Below are positions 37,980 to 46,913 of a stretch of DNA of 64,000 nucleotides, piece after piece. This DNA comes from an uncultured Spirochaetales bacterium (lineage in GTDB: Bacteria; Spirochaetota; Spirochaetia; Sphaerochaetales; Sphaerochaetaceae). Location of the stretch: assembly GCA_949285145.1 (NCBI GenBank), contig CASDXQ010000002.1, positions 17,516 to 81,515 on the forward strand, written 5' to 3'. The number at the start of each line of letters is the position of its first letter. The stretch's first letter is position 1. The notes under the pieces were generated by a model that ran no database searches, had not been told where the DNA came from, and worked only from the letters and a program-made list of their open reading frames with translations. Position numbers and translations under genes: made by a program.

Positions 37980-38765
37980 TCACTTAATGTTCAGTGCAAG
38001 TGCACGGAAAAACTGCTGAAGATCACTGAATGTCAGCACTGCATCCTTATCCTGATTTGTCGGCTGTGCATTCACAATGACAACTTTTCCGCCATTGTAA
38101 TGTGTAAGCTGTGGAAAAGCCGCAGCCGGATATACAGTGAGAGAAGAACCGAGAACAAGTGCCAGATCTGCCTGCGAAAAAGCAATCTCGGCACGTCTGA
38201 GAACATCAGGTGAAAGATTCTCACCATAAAAAACGATGTCGGGTTTTATGAGAGAACCGCATGATTTGCAGAGCGGAACCTCTCCTTTCCTGATGATGGG
38301 CGCAATCTGATCATAAGTGTAGTATGCATTGCAGTTTATGCAATAGGCGCTTCTGGCTGAGCCGTGAAGTTCATAGACTTTCCGGCTTCCGGCTCTCTGA
38401 TGCATGAAATCAATGTTCTGCGTGAAAATTCCGCTGCTCAGCATGCCCTTGCCTTCCATTTGTGCAAGCGTTCTGTGAACAATGTTCGGCTCATAATCCT
38501 CAAGATGATACCACACGCTTTCAGCCCAGCGGTAAAAGATATCAGGATGAGAATAGAAGTAGTCGATTGAAAGAATCTCCTCCACGCTCATTCCGTCAAA
38601 ATCATGAGTGTAGAGGCCCCCTGTACCGCGGAAATCCGGAATTCCGGACAGTGTAGACACTCCGGCTCCGGTGAAAACAGCCGTTTTTCCTGACGAAAAG
38701 AGGATTTTCAGGAATTCACTGAACTTCTTTTCAAAAACATCATCTTTTTCTCTGTACCCGCTCAT
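37980..38765 (-). CDS. cobB: NAD-dependent protein deacylase (Sir2/CobB family)
   Basis: 261 aa with GAGVSTLSGIPDFRG, TQNID, LHGS and the zinc ribbon CINC...CKSC. Confidence 0.85.
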   Translation of the reverse strand: MSGYREKDDVFEKKFSEFLKILFSSGKTAVFTGAGVSTLSGIPDFRGTGGLYTHDFDGMSVEEILSIDYFYSHPDIFYRWAESVWYHLEDYEPNIVHRTLAQMEGKGMLSSGIFTQNIDFMHQRAGSRKVYELHGSARSAYCINCNAYYTYDQIAPIIRKGEVPLCKSCGSLIKPDIVFYGENLSPDVLRRAEIAFSQADLALVLGSSLTVYPAAAFPQLTHYNGGKVVIVNAQPTNQDKDAVLTFSDLQQFFRALALNIK

Positions 38766-38770
38766 GAAAT

Positions 38771-40054
38771 TCAGACAAGCTCCCCTGTATATGTGTTTCC
38801 TTTCAGTGTAAGGGCTTTCAGTGTGACTATATCACCGGCCCTGACTGAAGTGCTGAGAGGATCGAAGACAATCATCTCATTATGGGCATTCCTTGCAAGA
38901 AGAAGCGATTTGTCGTTTCTTGTCACTCCTGTCACGAGAGCCTGGAAGATCTTGCCTGTCCTGCGGCTTTTCAGCCGGGATGCCCTTTTAAGCTGTTCAT
39001 CTATCAGACGTTCGAGACGGGCGATTTTCTCCTCATCGGAAAGCTGATCGCTCATCTTCGCTGCCGGTGTGCCTTCCCTTACATTATAGTAGTACATGAA
39101 AGCCTCAATCGGGGAAAGATATTCCATTGCTGAAAGCGTGTCTTCATACTCTTCCTCACTTTCACCGGGGAAACCAACCATCACATCAGTTGAGAATGTC
39201 AGATCTTTGATCTTTCCCCTCATGCTGTCCACGAGATTGAAGAACTTCTCCCTTGTTGTCTTTCTGTTCATGAGCTGAAGTATTCTCGTGTTTCCCGACT
39301 GCATGGGCAGATGGATGTGCTTGCATACCCTCTCCTCACCGGCTATGACATTGATAAGTTCGGGCGAGAAATCTTTAGGATGCGGAGAATCAAAGCGGAC
39401 AAATCGGATATTGTCCAGATTCCTGCATATTTCACTGAGAAGAGATGGAAAAGTAATACCGCCAAAATCATATGAGTTGACATTCTGTCCCAGAAGTGTG
39501 ACTTCCTTGACACCCTTCTCATCAAGCGAACGGATTTCATTTATGATCTCATCCGCCGGGCGGGAGATTTCCCTTCCCCTTACATAAGGAACAATGCAGT
39601 AGGCACAGAAATTGTTGCACCCATTCATTATAGGGACATAGCTTGAGAAATCGCCTTCATTGTAATAGCTTGTCATGAAGCGGTATTTATCCTCGCTCTC
39701 AAGCCCTCCGCCCTGCAGATAGGCAACGATATTCATCTTCTCATTCGTGCCGATCACAGCATCCACGTAAGGCGCTTCTCTCAAAAGCTCATCCTTCATA
39801 CGCTCAGCCATGCAGCCTGTGACGATTATTGTGACAGGATGAACATCCTTCTTGATATGATGATAGAAAGAAAGACGTCCCCAGATTCTGTTCTCTGCCG
39901 TTTTCCTGACAGAACAGGTATTGAGAATCACTGCATCGGCATATGCCGCATCATCGGTTTTGATGAAACCCGCCCCTTTCAGGAGAATATCAAGTGCATT
40001 ACCTTCTGCCATATTCATCTGGCAGCCGTATGATTCCAATATGTAATTTTTCAA
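38771..40054 (-). CDS. miaB: tRNA-2-methylthio-N6-dimethylallyladenosine synthase (MiaB-type methylthiotransferase)
   Basis: 427 aa with an N-terminal UPF0004 domain (ESYGCQMNMAEG...NTCSVR), the radical SAM motif CNNFCAYC and a C-terminal TRAM domain. Confidence 0.82.
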   Translation of the reverse strand: MKNYILESYGCQMNMAEGNALDILLKGAGFIKTDDAAYADAVILNTCSVRKTAENRIWGRLSFYHHIKKDVHPVTIIVTGCMAERMKDELLREAPYVDAVIGTNEKMNIVAYLQGGGLESEDKYRFMTSYYNEGDFSSYVPIMNGCNNFCAYCIVPYVRGREISRPADEIINEIRSLDEKGVKEVTLLGQNVNSYDFGGITFPSLLSEICRNLDNIRFVRFDSPHPKDFSPELINVIAGEERVCKHIHLPMQSGNTRILQLMNRKTTREKFFNLVDSMRGKIKDLTFSTDVMVGFPGESEEEYEDTLSAMEYLSPIEAFMYYYNVREGTPAAKMSDQLSDEEKIARLERLIDEQLKRASRLKSRRTGKIFQALVTGVTRNDKSLLLARNAHNEMIVFDPLSTSVRAGDIVTLKALTLKGNTYTGELV

Positions 40055-40935
40055 TCTCTGACCTCAAAATGTTTTTTTGCAGCAATAAGAGTATTTTCCA
40101 TAAGCATGGTGATAGTCATCGGCCCCACGCCTCCGGGTACCGGTGTAATGTATGATGCGATATCTTTTACAGAAGAATAATCGCAGTCTCCCACAAGCCT
40201 CCAGCCCCTCTCCCTTGTACTGTCCTCAACACGGTTTGTCCCCACATCGATCACAACAGCACCGGGAGAGACCATGTCAGAAGTCAATGTATGCACATGT
40301 CCTGCCGCAACAATGATGATATCGCTGGAAAGCGTTATATCCTTAAGATTCTCCGTATGAGTATTGCATACAGTGACAGTTGCATCCCTGCCCTTCTGCA
40401 TCAGCAGTCCGGCAACCGGCTTTCCGACAAGATTGCTTCTTCCGATTACACAGACTTTTTTTCCATCTGTCGGAATCCTGTAGTAATCAAGAAGCGCCAG
40501 TATTCCCTTGGGCGTGCAGGGAACAAAGCCGTCCTTTCCCATCAGGGCAAGCCCGGCATTGACAGGATTGAGGCCGTCTACATCCTTCGACGGATCAATT
40601 GCCTGCATTATTTTCTCATCGTCAATCTGAGGCGGAGTCGGAAACTGGACAAGGATTCCGTCGACCTTGTCATCTTTGTTGAGATCATCAATAAGCGAAA
40701 GCAGTTCGTCTTCTTCCGTATTCTCCTCAAGTGTGTAATCGGAGTGATCAAATCCCATTTCATCGCATGCCGCTTTCTTGCTGTTCACATAGCTTATGCT
40801 TGCAGGATTGCTGCCGACAAGAACCACTGCAAGACATGGTTTCTTTCCGCAATGCGCATAAAGTCTCTCTGTCTCGGCCTTTATCCGCTGTCTGTAAAAC
40901 GCGGCAACCTCTTTTCCGTTTATTCTTATTGCCAT
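40051..40935 (-). CDS. folD: Bifunctional methylenetetrahydrofolate dehydrogenase/cyclohydrolase
   Basis: 294 aa with VGSNPASISYVNSKKKA-type and GRSNLVGKPVAGLL motifs, and VPGGVGPMTITML. Confidence 0.92.
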   Translation of the reverse strand: MAIRINGKEVAAFYRQRIKAETERLYAHCGKKPCLAVVLVGSNPASISYVNSKKAACDEMGFDHSDYTLEENTEEDELLSLIDDLNKDDKVDGILVQFPTPPQIDDEKIMQAIDPSKDVDGLNPVNAGLALMGKDGFVPCTPKGILALLDYYRIPTDGKKVCVIGRSNLVGKPVAGLLMQKGRDATVTVCNTHTENLKDITLSSDIIIVAAGHVHTLTSDMVSPGAVVIDVGTNRVEDSTRERGWRLVGDCDYSSVKDIASYITPVPGGVGPMTITMLMENTLIAAKKHFEVRD

Positions 40936-41131
40936 GTAGTCTTTATATGTGAAAAACAGAAAATTTACAATTCATGTCCGCTTTCTTATGTTGCTTATGG
41001 CGAAGTAATAACTTGTAAAATAACAAAATAAAAAAAGAAAGCAATTTAAGAGTATGTATTTTATGTGCAATTGGAGACTGCTGCGCACTATTCTTTAGAC
41101 TTTTATGCGTTTTTAGGTTATATTTTGCCAT

Positions 41132-41743
41132 ATGAAAAAGAGAATAATGATTATTACATTAGCGCTTATGGCCGTGCTCTCTTGCATGCCGGCCTTCAGT
41201 GCTCCATATTACGACAACGGCAGTCAGCGTTTCACTATAACTGCCGGTATCAATTTCCCTATCTCCACTACTCTGCTTGAAAATGGAGATACATCGGTGG
41301 GTCCCGGATTTGATACTGACAGAACAAAATTTACTTTGCTTGGTGGGTACGGCTCACTGACATACCAGATGTTCGTTAACCCATATTTTGCGCTGGGAGG
41401 GGAAATCGGATATGGCTTTAACTATTACATCGATGATGTTCTTCTTACCAATGTTCCGATGCAGTTCAAGGCAACTTTCATTCCACTTCAGGGAACCATT
41501 GAAATACCTCTTTCCATCGGTGCCGGAATTTCATATATGTCCGTATCAGACGGCGGTGCTTATCTGCCTTTCTTCCTTTCTTTTGAAACAGGTCTTGACT
41601 GGTACATAACAGAAAACTGGGGTGTCGGCATAAAGTCAGGGCTCTGGGTGATTCCTGAACTTTATTTTGACAGCAGCAGATCATATCAGAATACACTTCA
41701 GACATTCGTCCCGCTGACACTTTCTGTCACGTACAGACAATAA
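41132..41743 (+). CDS. Small beta-barrel outer membrane protein (OmpW/OmpA-barrel-like)
   Basis: 203 aa. It has a signal peptide (MKKRIMIITLALMAVLSCMPAFSA), alternating amphipathic strands rich in G/Y (GGYGSLTYQMF, ALGGEIGYGFNYY) and a final strand LTLSVTYRQ. Confidence 0.6.
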   Translation: MKKRIMIITLALMAVLSCMPAFSAPYYDNGSQRFTITAGINFPISTTLLENGDTSVGPGFDTDRTKFTLLGGYGSLTYQMFVNPYFALGGEIGYGFNYYIDDVLLTNVPMQFKATFIPLQGTIEIPLSIGAGISYMSVSDGGAYLPFFLSFETGLDWYITENWGVGIKSGLWVIPELYFDSSRSYQNTLQTFVPLTLSVTYRQ

Positions 41744-41750
41744 GGAGGAA

Positions 41751-42908
41751 GTGGAAATGAAAAAAACAATATTGATACTTCTGTCAGCTCTGACACTTTT
41801 CTCATTTGTTTCATGCAACCTTGACAATGAAGGTATCCTCTGGAGAGGGCAATTCAGATATCCTAAAGACGATAAATCAAGAAATTTCATTGGATACAAC
41901 GAGAATGATCGAAAACTGTATTACACTACAGTTGATGGTCTTTGCGAGTTCGATCTCTCAAATAAAACATCCAATTCAGAAAAAATTCTTAATACCAATC
42001 ATATTTTCATAAACAACGCTCCAGACATCGCATGGCTATCAAATGATGACAAAATCATTTATATTGATGACACAGTTGATGATAAAAATAAAAACGTTCA
42101 GAACTATTGGGTGTTTGATCTTAAGGAAAAAACATTGAATTCTATTAAAAGGCCAGATTTTGAATCTGACATTGACGGAATAATTAGCACTTTTGTTGAT
42201 AATGAGGGGGAACAGGTTCTGATTGCAAGCAACGATGATTTTTCATCAGTTCAATCATTTACCGTTAATTTTAATGCAGAAGACAACACCTTACAGCTGA
42301 ATAAAATCGAATCCGACAAAATAGACGGTTATGTGAAATCATTGAATGGCCTTATTTGTTATAAAGCTGAAAATTCCGATAATAAAACCACTTTGAAATT
42401 CTCTTACATGGGTAAACAGGTAAATTTTACAGACAAAGAAAATAATGAAATCATATTTAATTATGAAAAAAATAAAGAGAATGATGGAAATCAGATAAAA
42501 TCCGTTGCTGTAAGTGGTGGCAACATGGTTGTTCTCCGTTATACGGATTCAGATACAATCATTGTATATAAAGGAGCAGTCGAAGATAATGCAATCACTT
42601 TAAAACAGCAAAGCGAAATCATTCCGGATGATCTTCCCGGCATTGTACATTCATTTTATGATGAAAATAATCTTTATTTCCTTAAGTCAAATTCATCAAG
42701 ATCATCCCTGCTTTATAAAGTGACTTTTGGCAATGAGTTTGTATCTGCAAGTTACTCAACTGATGTTTCAGGGCTGGAAGCTGAAGCATTTTTCAAAGCA
42801 GGTGAAAATATTTATATTCTGACAAAAGATAAAGGTGTGTTCAGACTTGATATAAATGAAAACGGAGGAGTGACAGTTTCTCCTGTTCCCGATCTGAGAA
42901 GACGCTGA
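41751..42908 (+). CDS. Lipoprotein with beta-propeller-like repeats (hypothetical)
   Basis: 385 aa. It has a lipobox (LFSFVSC) and repeated KLYYTT / IIYIDD / NLYFLK / NIYILT strand motifs. The gene is strongly AT-rich. It starts 7 nt after the OMP gene stop. Confidence 0.6.
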   Translation: MEMKKTILILLSALTLFSFVSCNLDNEGILWRGQFRYPKDDKSRNFIGYNENDRKLYYTTVDGLCEFDLSNKTSNSEKILNTNHIFINNAPDIAWLSNDDKIIYIDDTVDDKNKNVQNYWVFDLKEKTLNSIKRPDFESDIDGIISTFVDNEGEQVLIASNDDFSSVQSFTVNFNAEDNTLQLNKIESDKIDGYVKSLNGLICYKAENSDNKTTLKFSYMGKQVNFTDKENNEIIFNYEKNKENDGNQIKSVAVSGGNMVVLRYTDSDTIIVYKGAVEDNAITLKQQSEIIPDDLPGIVHSFYDENNLYFLKSNSSRSSLLYKVTFGNEFVSASYSTDVSGLEAEAFFKAGENIYILTKDKGVFRLDINENGGVTVSPVPDLRRR

Positions 42909-42930
42909 TCAACGATATCCGCATTTTACG

Positions 42931-42967
42931 GAGAATATGATGTTTTTCCATCATATTCTCTTTTTTT
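42931..42967 (+). terminator. Strong intrinsic terminator after the OMP-lipoprotein pair
   Basis: GAGAATATGATG-TTTTTC-CATCATATTCTC is a perfect 12-bp stem, followed by TTTTTTT. Confidence 0.8.
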
Positions 42968-42969
42968 AT

Positions 42970-43596
42970 TCATTTTCCGCCTAAAAGCCGGACAACTTCA
43001 TGATATGTGATTTCATAGACAGACAACGCCGGATAATCAAAGCAGGCAAGCTCCATGGCTTTTTTCTGTTTATCTGTCACAGCAGTATATGGATATATGC
43101 CGAAAAGAAAAGGAAAGAACGAATAGATGAAAGATTCAATATCATCATCTGTCATTGACGGAAAGAATTTTTGCAGACAAGCTCTGACTTCATCAATAGC
43201 CTGAGCATACAGCTTTTTAAATTCAACAAGAGCTTCAAGACTGCTGTTCTCCTCAATTTCGTAATGATTCATCGATACAAGTTTGAGCAGCCTCACTCTT
43301 TTCTCAATCGTATGGGAAAGCAAAGAAGCAAACTCACAGGCGGAAAGAGAGCCATTGTTTTCCCTTATATCCTTTATGCTGAGACTGAGTGCCTCATATT
43401 CGCGTCCCAGAAGAGCAAGAAAAATCTCCTCTTTTGATCTGAAATAATTGTAGATTGATGTTCTTGTAAAAGAAGTGACTTCACCTATTTTCCGGATTGT
43501 CACATCTTTAAAACTCATCCTCTCATACAAAGATTCACAGGCATTTATTATCTCATCTCTGCGTCTTGCAATCAGCTCGTCTGATCCTTTTGGCAT
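42970..43596 (-). CDS. TetR/AcrR family transcriptional regulator
   Basis: 208 aa with the HTH FKDVTIRKIGEVTSFTRTSIYNYFRSKEEIF. It is the last gene of the MATE-PRTase-TetR string. Confidence 0.8.
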   Translation of the reverse strand: MPKGSDELIARRRDEIINACESLYERMSFKDVTIRKIGEVTSFTRTSIYNYFRSKEEIFLALLGREYEALSLSIKDIRENNGSLSACEFASLLSHTIEKRVRLLKLVSMNHYEIEENSSLEALVEFKKLYAQAIDEVRACLQKFFPSMTDDDIESFIYSFFPFLFGIYPYTAVTDKQKKAMELACFDYPALSVYEITYHEVVRLLGGK

Positions 43597-43598
43597 AC

Positions 43599-44216
43599 TC
43601 AGTGCTCCAGAATATCATGAAGGATTGTACGTACTTCACCATCGTGATAGACCTCTTCAATCTCATCATGAGTAAGGCCGATGAATTCATGACATGTATA
43701 ATGAATCCATCTTTCATCTTCCGGTTTTTCCAGCACATGCTTTCTGCAGTAATAGTCAGGCTGAACTGGAAGAGGTTTCTCATGCTTGAAGACTGGAACT
43801 TTGTAATCATATACAGCCACTTTGATATCTTCTCTTGGAATACCTGCTTCCATGACTGTATTCACCAGCGCATTGACAGTCATGCCGGTATCGAAGATAT
43901 CATCAACGATGAGAACTTTCTGTCCTTTTCTGAGATTTCTTGGAGACCATGTCCATCCGTCTATGTCAACATGCCCCGCGTGATCCTTGACAAGATTGTA
44001 GCTCCTTGCAACAACCGCCGCATAAAAGACGGGAGTCTTCCCCTGTTTGAGCGCGATAAGTTTGTAGAATTCACTCATGACATTTGCCATGTAGGCACCG
44101 CCTCTGAGAGAATCGTAAATCACATCAGGAACGAAACCGTCTTCCTTGTACATCTTGTAAACCAGCTTCAAAGCAGCATCGCGGATCATATCGCATGTGA
44201 TAAACTCTTTAGACAT
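43599..44216 (-). CDS. Phosphoribosyltransferase (type I PRTase, purine-salvage-like)
   Basis: 205 aa with the PRPP-binding loop KVLIVDDIFDTGMTV. The specificity cannot be determined by eye. Confidence 0.7.
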   Translation of the reverse strand: MSKEFITCDMIRDAALKLVYKMYKEDGFVPDVIYDSLRGGAYMANVMSEFYKLIALKQGKTPVFYAAVVARSYNLVKDHAGHVDIDGWTWSPRNLRKGQKVLIVDDIFDTGMTVNALVNTVMEAGIPREDIKVAVYDYKVPVFKHEKPLPVQPDYYCRKHVLEKPEDERWIHYTCHEFIGLTHDEIEEVYHDGEVRTILHDILEH

Positions 44217-44237
44217 TGTTAACCTCTTGTGAAAATT

Positions 44238-45614
44238 CTATGATATGACACGCTGTTTTTGCAAGCTCAAATCTTTCCTTATAGATCTGAAAACCACCAT
44301 GCGGACAGCAGTGTACGTTGCAATTCCTCCAATGATATTGCTGACAGGTTCTGCAAGGACAACACCGTCGACTCCTGCAAAATAGGGAAGAATGATTGTA
44401 AGAGGAACAACTATGATGACTTTCCTGAACAAGGAGAAGAAAACAGCCTGTCCGGCATATCCGAGTGCTACGAAAGTCTGCTGCCCTGTCATATGCAAAG
44501 ACATGAAAATGAAACCGAAAAAATAAAGCTGCAGAGCATGCCGTGCGGCCGTCATCAGAGTTTCATCATTTGTGAAAAGGTGAATGAAAGGAAGCGGGAA
44601 CAGGTAAAGCATGGCCCATATCGACCCTGTATAAACAAGCATCATGACAAGTAAGACATTGCTGGACTGGAGAACTCTCTTGCCATCTCCTTTCCCATAG
44701 TTGTAGCTCATTACAGGACTTGCCCCTCCTGAAAGCCCGTTTATAGGAGTTGAGAAAATTTCCCTTATTGAATTGAGAATTGTCATCACACCGACATACA
44801 GATCTCCGCCCCAGATGAATGCACATTTATTGCATACAAGCTGTACGATCGAATTGGTTGCACCCATTGTAAAGCCGCTGGTGCCGAGCAGGCATGTTTT
44901 TTTCACTCTCCAGCCTTCAGGCCGGATGAATCTGAGCTTTATCGGCAGATTGCGGCTTCTCAGGAAGCATATGGCAAATGCAGCGGAAAGAATCTGACTG
45001 AGCACAGTTGCAACGGCTGCTCCCTTCACTCCCAGATCCAGAAGGAAAATGAAAACAGGATCGAGAATTATATTTGTACCTGCACCTATGACGACGCCTA
45101 TCATTCCGACTGATGAGCAGCCAAGTGCATTGATGAAAGGTGTAAGTGTCAGCGACAAAAGCACAGGAACAGAGCCCAGGGCATATATCATGAGGTATTC
45201 TTCTGCATATGGAAATGTCTGTCCGCTTGCTCCGAAGAGATAGAGTATGGGCTCGCAGAAAATAAGTACAGTAACTGTTATGACAATTCCTGTTATCAGA
45301 GCAAGAACAAATGATGTCGAAAGATATTTCTCCGCTTCATCAGTATTTGAGCGGCCGAGTTCTATTGCACAGAGCGGCCCGCCGCCATTTGAACCGTAAA
45401 GACGCGCAAATGCGGAAATAAGTGAAATCACAGGAAGACATAAACCGACACCAGTCAAGGCAAGTGCACCTACTCCTTCCATATGCGATATATAAATTCT
45501 GTCTACCTGACTGTACAGAAGATTGACAAGTTCTGCAACAATCAGGGGAAAAGATGAATACATTATAGACTTAGTGACACTCTGATTTGAAAAATCCGTA
45601 TGATGTATTCTCAT
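44238..45614 (-). CDS. MATE family efflux transporter
   Basis: 458 aa, about 12 TM helices, with a MATE-like N-terminus (IMYSSFPLIVAELVNLLYSQVDRIYISHMEGVGALALTGVG). Confidence 0.85.
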   Translation of the reverse strand: MRIHHTDFSNQSVTKSIMYSSFPLIVAELVNLLYSQVDRIYISHMEGVGALALTGVGLCLPVISLISAFARLYGSNGGGPLCAIELGRSNTDEAEKYLSTSFVLALITGIVITVTVLIFCEPILYLFGASGQTFPYAEEYLMIYALGSVPVLLSLTLTPFINALGCSSVGMIGVVIGAGTNIILDPVFIFLLDLGVKGAAVATVLSQILSAAFAICFLRSRNLPIKLRFIRPEGWRVKKTCLLGTSGFTMGATNSIVQLVCNKCAFIWGGDLYVGVMTILNSIREIFSTPINGLSGGASPVMSYNYGKGDGKRVLQSSNVLLVMMLVYTGSIWAMLYLFPLPFIHLFTNDETLMTAARHALQLYFFGFIFMSLHMTGQQTFVALGYAGQAVFFSLFRKVIIVVPLTIILPYFAGVDGVVLAEPVSNIIGGIATYTAVRMVVFRSIRKDLSLQKQRVIS

Positions 45615-45668
45615 CTTCTCAATCCTTATATGGAAATTCTTAATTCAAAACAGGAAAAATGAAAATAT

Positions 45669-45705
45669 AAAAATGAGACCAGGAGCTCTCTCCCGGCCAT
45701 CTCAT
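45669..45705 (-). terminator. Intrinsic terminator after map
   Basis: The minus strand reads ATGAGATGGCCGGGAGAGAGCTCCTGGTCTCATTTTT. This long GC-rich hairpin starts 4 nt after the map stop and is followed by a U-run. Confidence 0.7.
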
Positions 45706-45708
45706 CTG

Positions 45709-46467
45709 TTAAAGCTCTGTAAGAATTTCAATTCCTTTTTCTGTAACCGCAACTGTGTGTTCCCAGTGACATGCCGGCTTGCCATCTGCTGTCACCACGG
45801 TCCAGCCATCATTGAGGTCTGCAATCTTCCACGTCCCCATGTTTATCATCGGTTCAATTGCAAGCACCATGCCGGGCCTGAGACGGGGATTTGGAAGCAT
45901 TGGAGATACAAAGTTCGCAACTTCAGGATCTTCATGAAGATCAAAGCCCACACCATGTCCAGTATAATCTCTGACTACTCCGTAGCCGTTATCGGTAAAT
46001 GCATGCTTGAAAACAGTCTTCCCGATTTCACTCAGACGCGCACCCGGTTTTCTTATCGCATCAATCGCCTTGTAAAGGCATTCCCTTGTGACTACATTGA
46101 GTTTATGGACATCTTCACTGACCTTACCGACTTCATATGTTCTGGTGGAATCAGATACAAAGCCGTCCAGTGTCACACAGATGTCGACAGAAATGATATC
46201 ACCATCATTCAATATTTTCTTCTTTGACGGAATACCGTGTATGACGACTTCATTTACTGAAGTGCATGTAGCATTGGGATAGCCGCAGTAACCCAGGCAG
46301 GAAGGATATGCATGATTCTTCACTATGAATTCATGCGCTATACGGTCAATATCGTATGTTGAAATTCCTTCTGTAATCACTTCTTCAAGAGAAAGAAGGC
46401 ACTGGGCAAGCACCTTCCCGCTCTTTCTGATCATCTCAATTTCTCTTTCGTTCTTAAGCTGGATCAT
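45709..46467 (-). CDS. map: Type I methionine aminopeptidase
   Basis: 252 aa with the metal ligand contexts VIHGIP, ISVDICVTLDGFVSD, YTGHGVG, LAIEPM and HWEHTV. Confidence 0.95.
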   Translation of the reverse strand: MIQLKNEREIEMIRKSGKVLAQCLLSLEEVITEGISTYDIDRIAHEFIVKNHAYPSCLGYCGYPNATCTSVNEVVIHGIPSKKKILNDGDIISVDICVTLDGFVSDSTRTYEVGKVSEDVHKLNVVTRECLYKAIDAIRKPGARLSEIGKTVFKHAFTDNGYGVVRDYTGHGVGFDLHEDPEVANFVSPMLPNPRLRPGMVLAIEPMINMGTWKIADLNDGWTVVTADGKPACHWEHTVAVTEKGIEILTEL

Positions 46468-46468
46468 A

Positions 46469-46912
46469 TTATTTCACTTCATTCTTTCTCACAGCATCAA
46501 GGACACCGTTGATGAACTTGTATGTAACATCTGTGCTGAGTGCCTGTGAGAGCTTGACAGCTTCATCGATTACTATGGATGGATGCAGATCCTTGCAGTA
46601 AAGCAATGAAAAAACGGATATCCGCAGAATATTCCTGTCAACAAGATTTATTTTCTCAATAGGACGGTTAATGGAATATCTGGAAATCACAGAATCTACT
46701 TCATCAAGGTGATCAAGGGTTCCACTGATCAGGAAACGGGCATAAAAAAGAGTTTCCTCAGGGAATGCAAGCATCTCCTCCTCGCTTTTTCCGGGGAGGA
46801 GCGTAAGATCAGCTTCGTCTTCAAGCTGTTTGTTGAAATCAAGAGCATAAAGTGTCTCAACAGCCAAAAGACGTGCTTCATGCTTTTCTATATGTTTGTC
46901 GCTCATACCCAA
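46469..46912 (-). CDS. nusB: Transcription antitermination factor NusB
   Basis: 147 aa, all-helical, with ARLLAVETLYALDF and DRNILRISVFSLLY. Confidence 0.85.
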   Translation of the reverse strand: MGMSDKHIEKHEARLLAVETLYALDFNKQLEDEADLTLLPGKSEEEMLAFPEETLFYARFLISGTLDHLDEVDSVISRYSINRPIEKINLVDRNILRISVFSLLYCKDLHPSIVIDEAVKLSQALSTDVTYKFINGVLDAVRKNEVK

Positions 46913-46913
46913 A

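Noticed and set aside
37980-38765. A Sir2-domain gene immediately downstream of ssrA. The tmRNA 3' end is a classic island integration site, and SIR2 domains occur in anti-phage systems.
   Set aside because: The protein has the full CobB-type deacylase layout, including the CxxC...CxxC zinc ribbon, and no extra effector or sensor domain. It is followed by the housekeeping genes miaB and folD. There is no integrase, and I saw no direct repeat of the ssrA 3' end.
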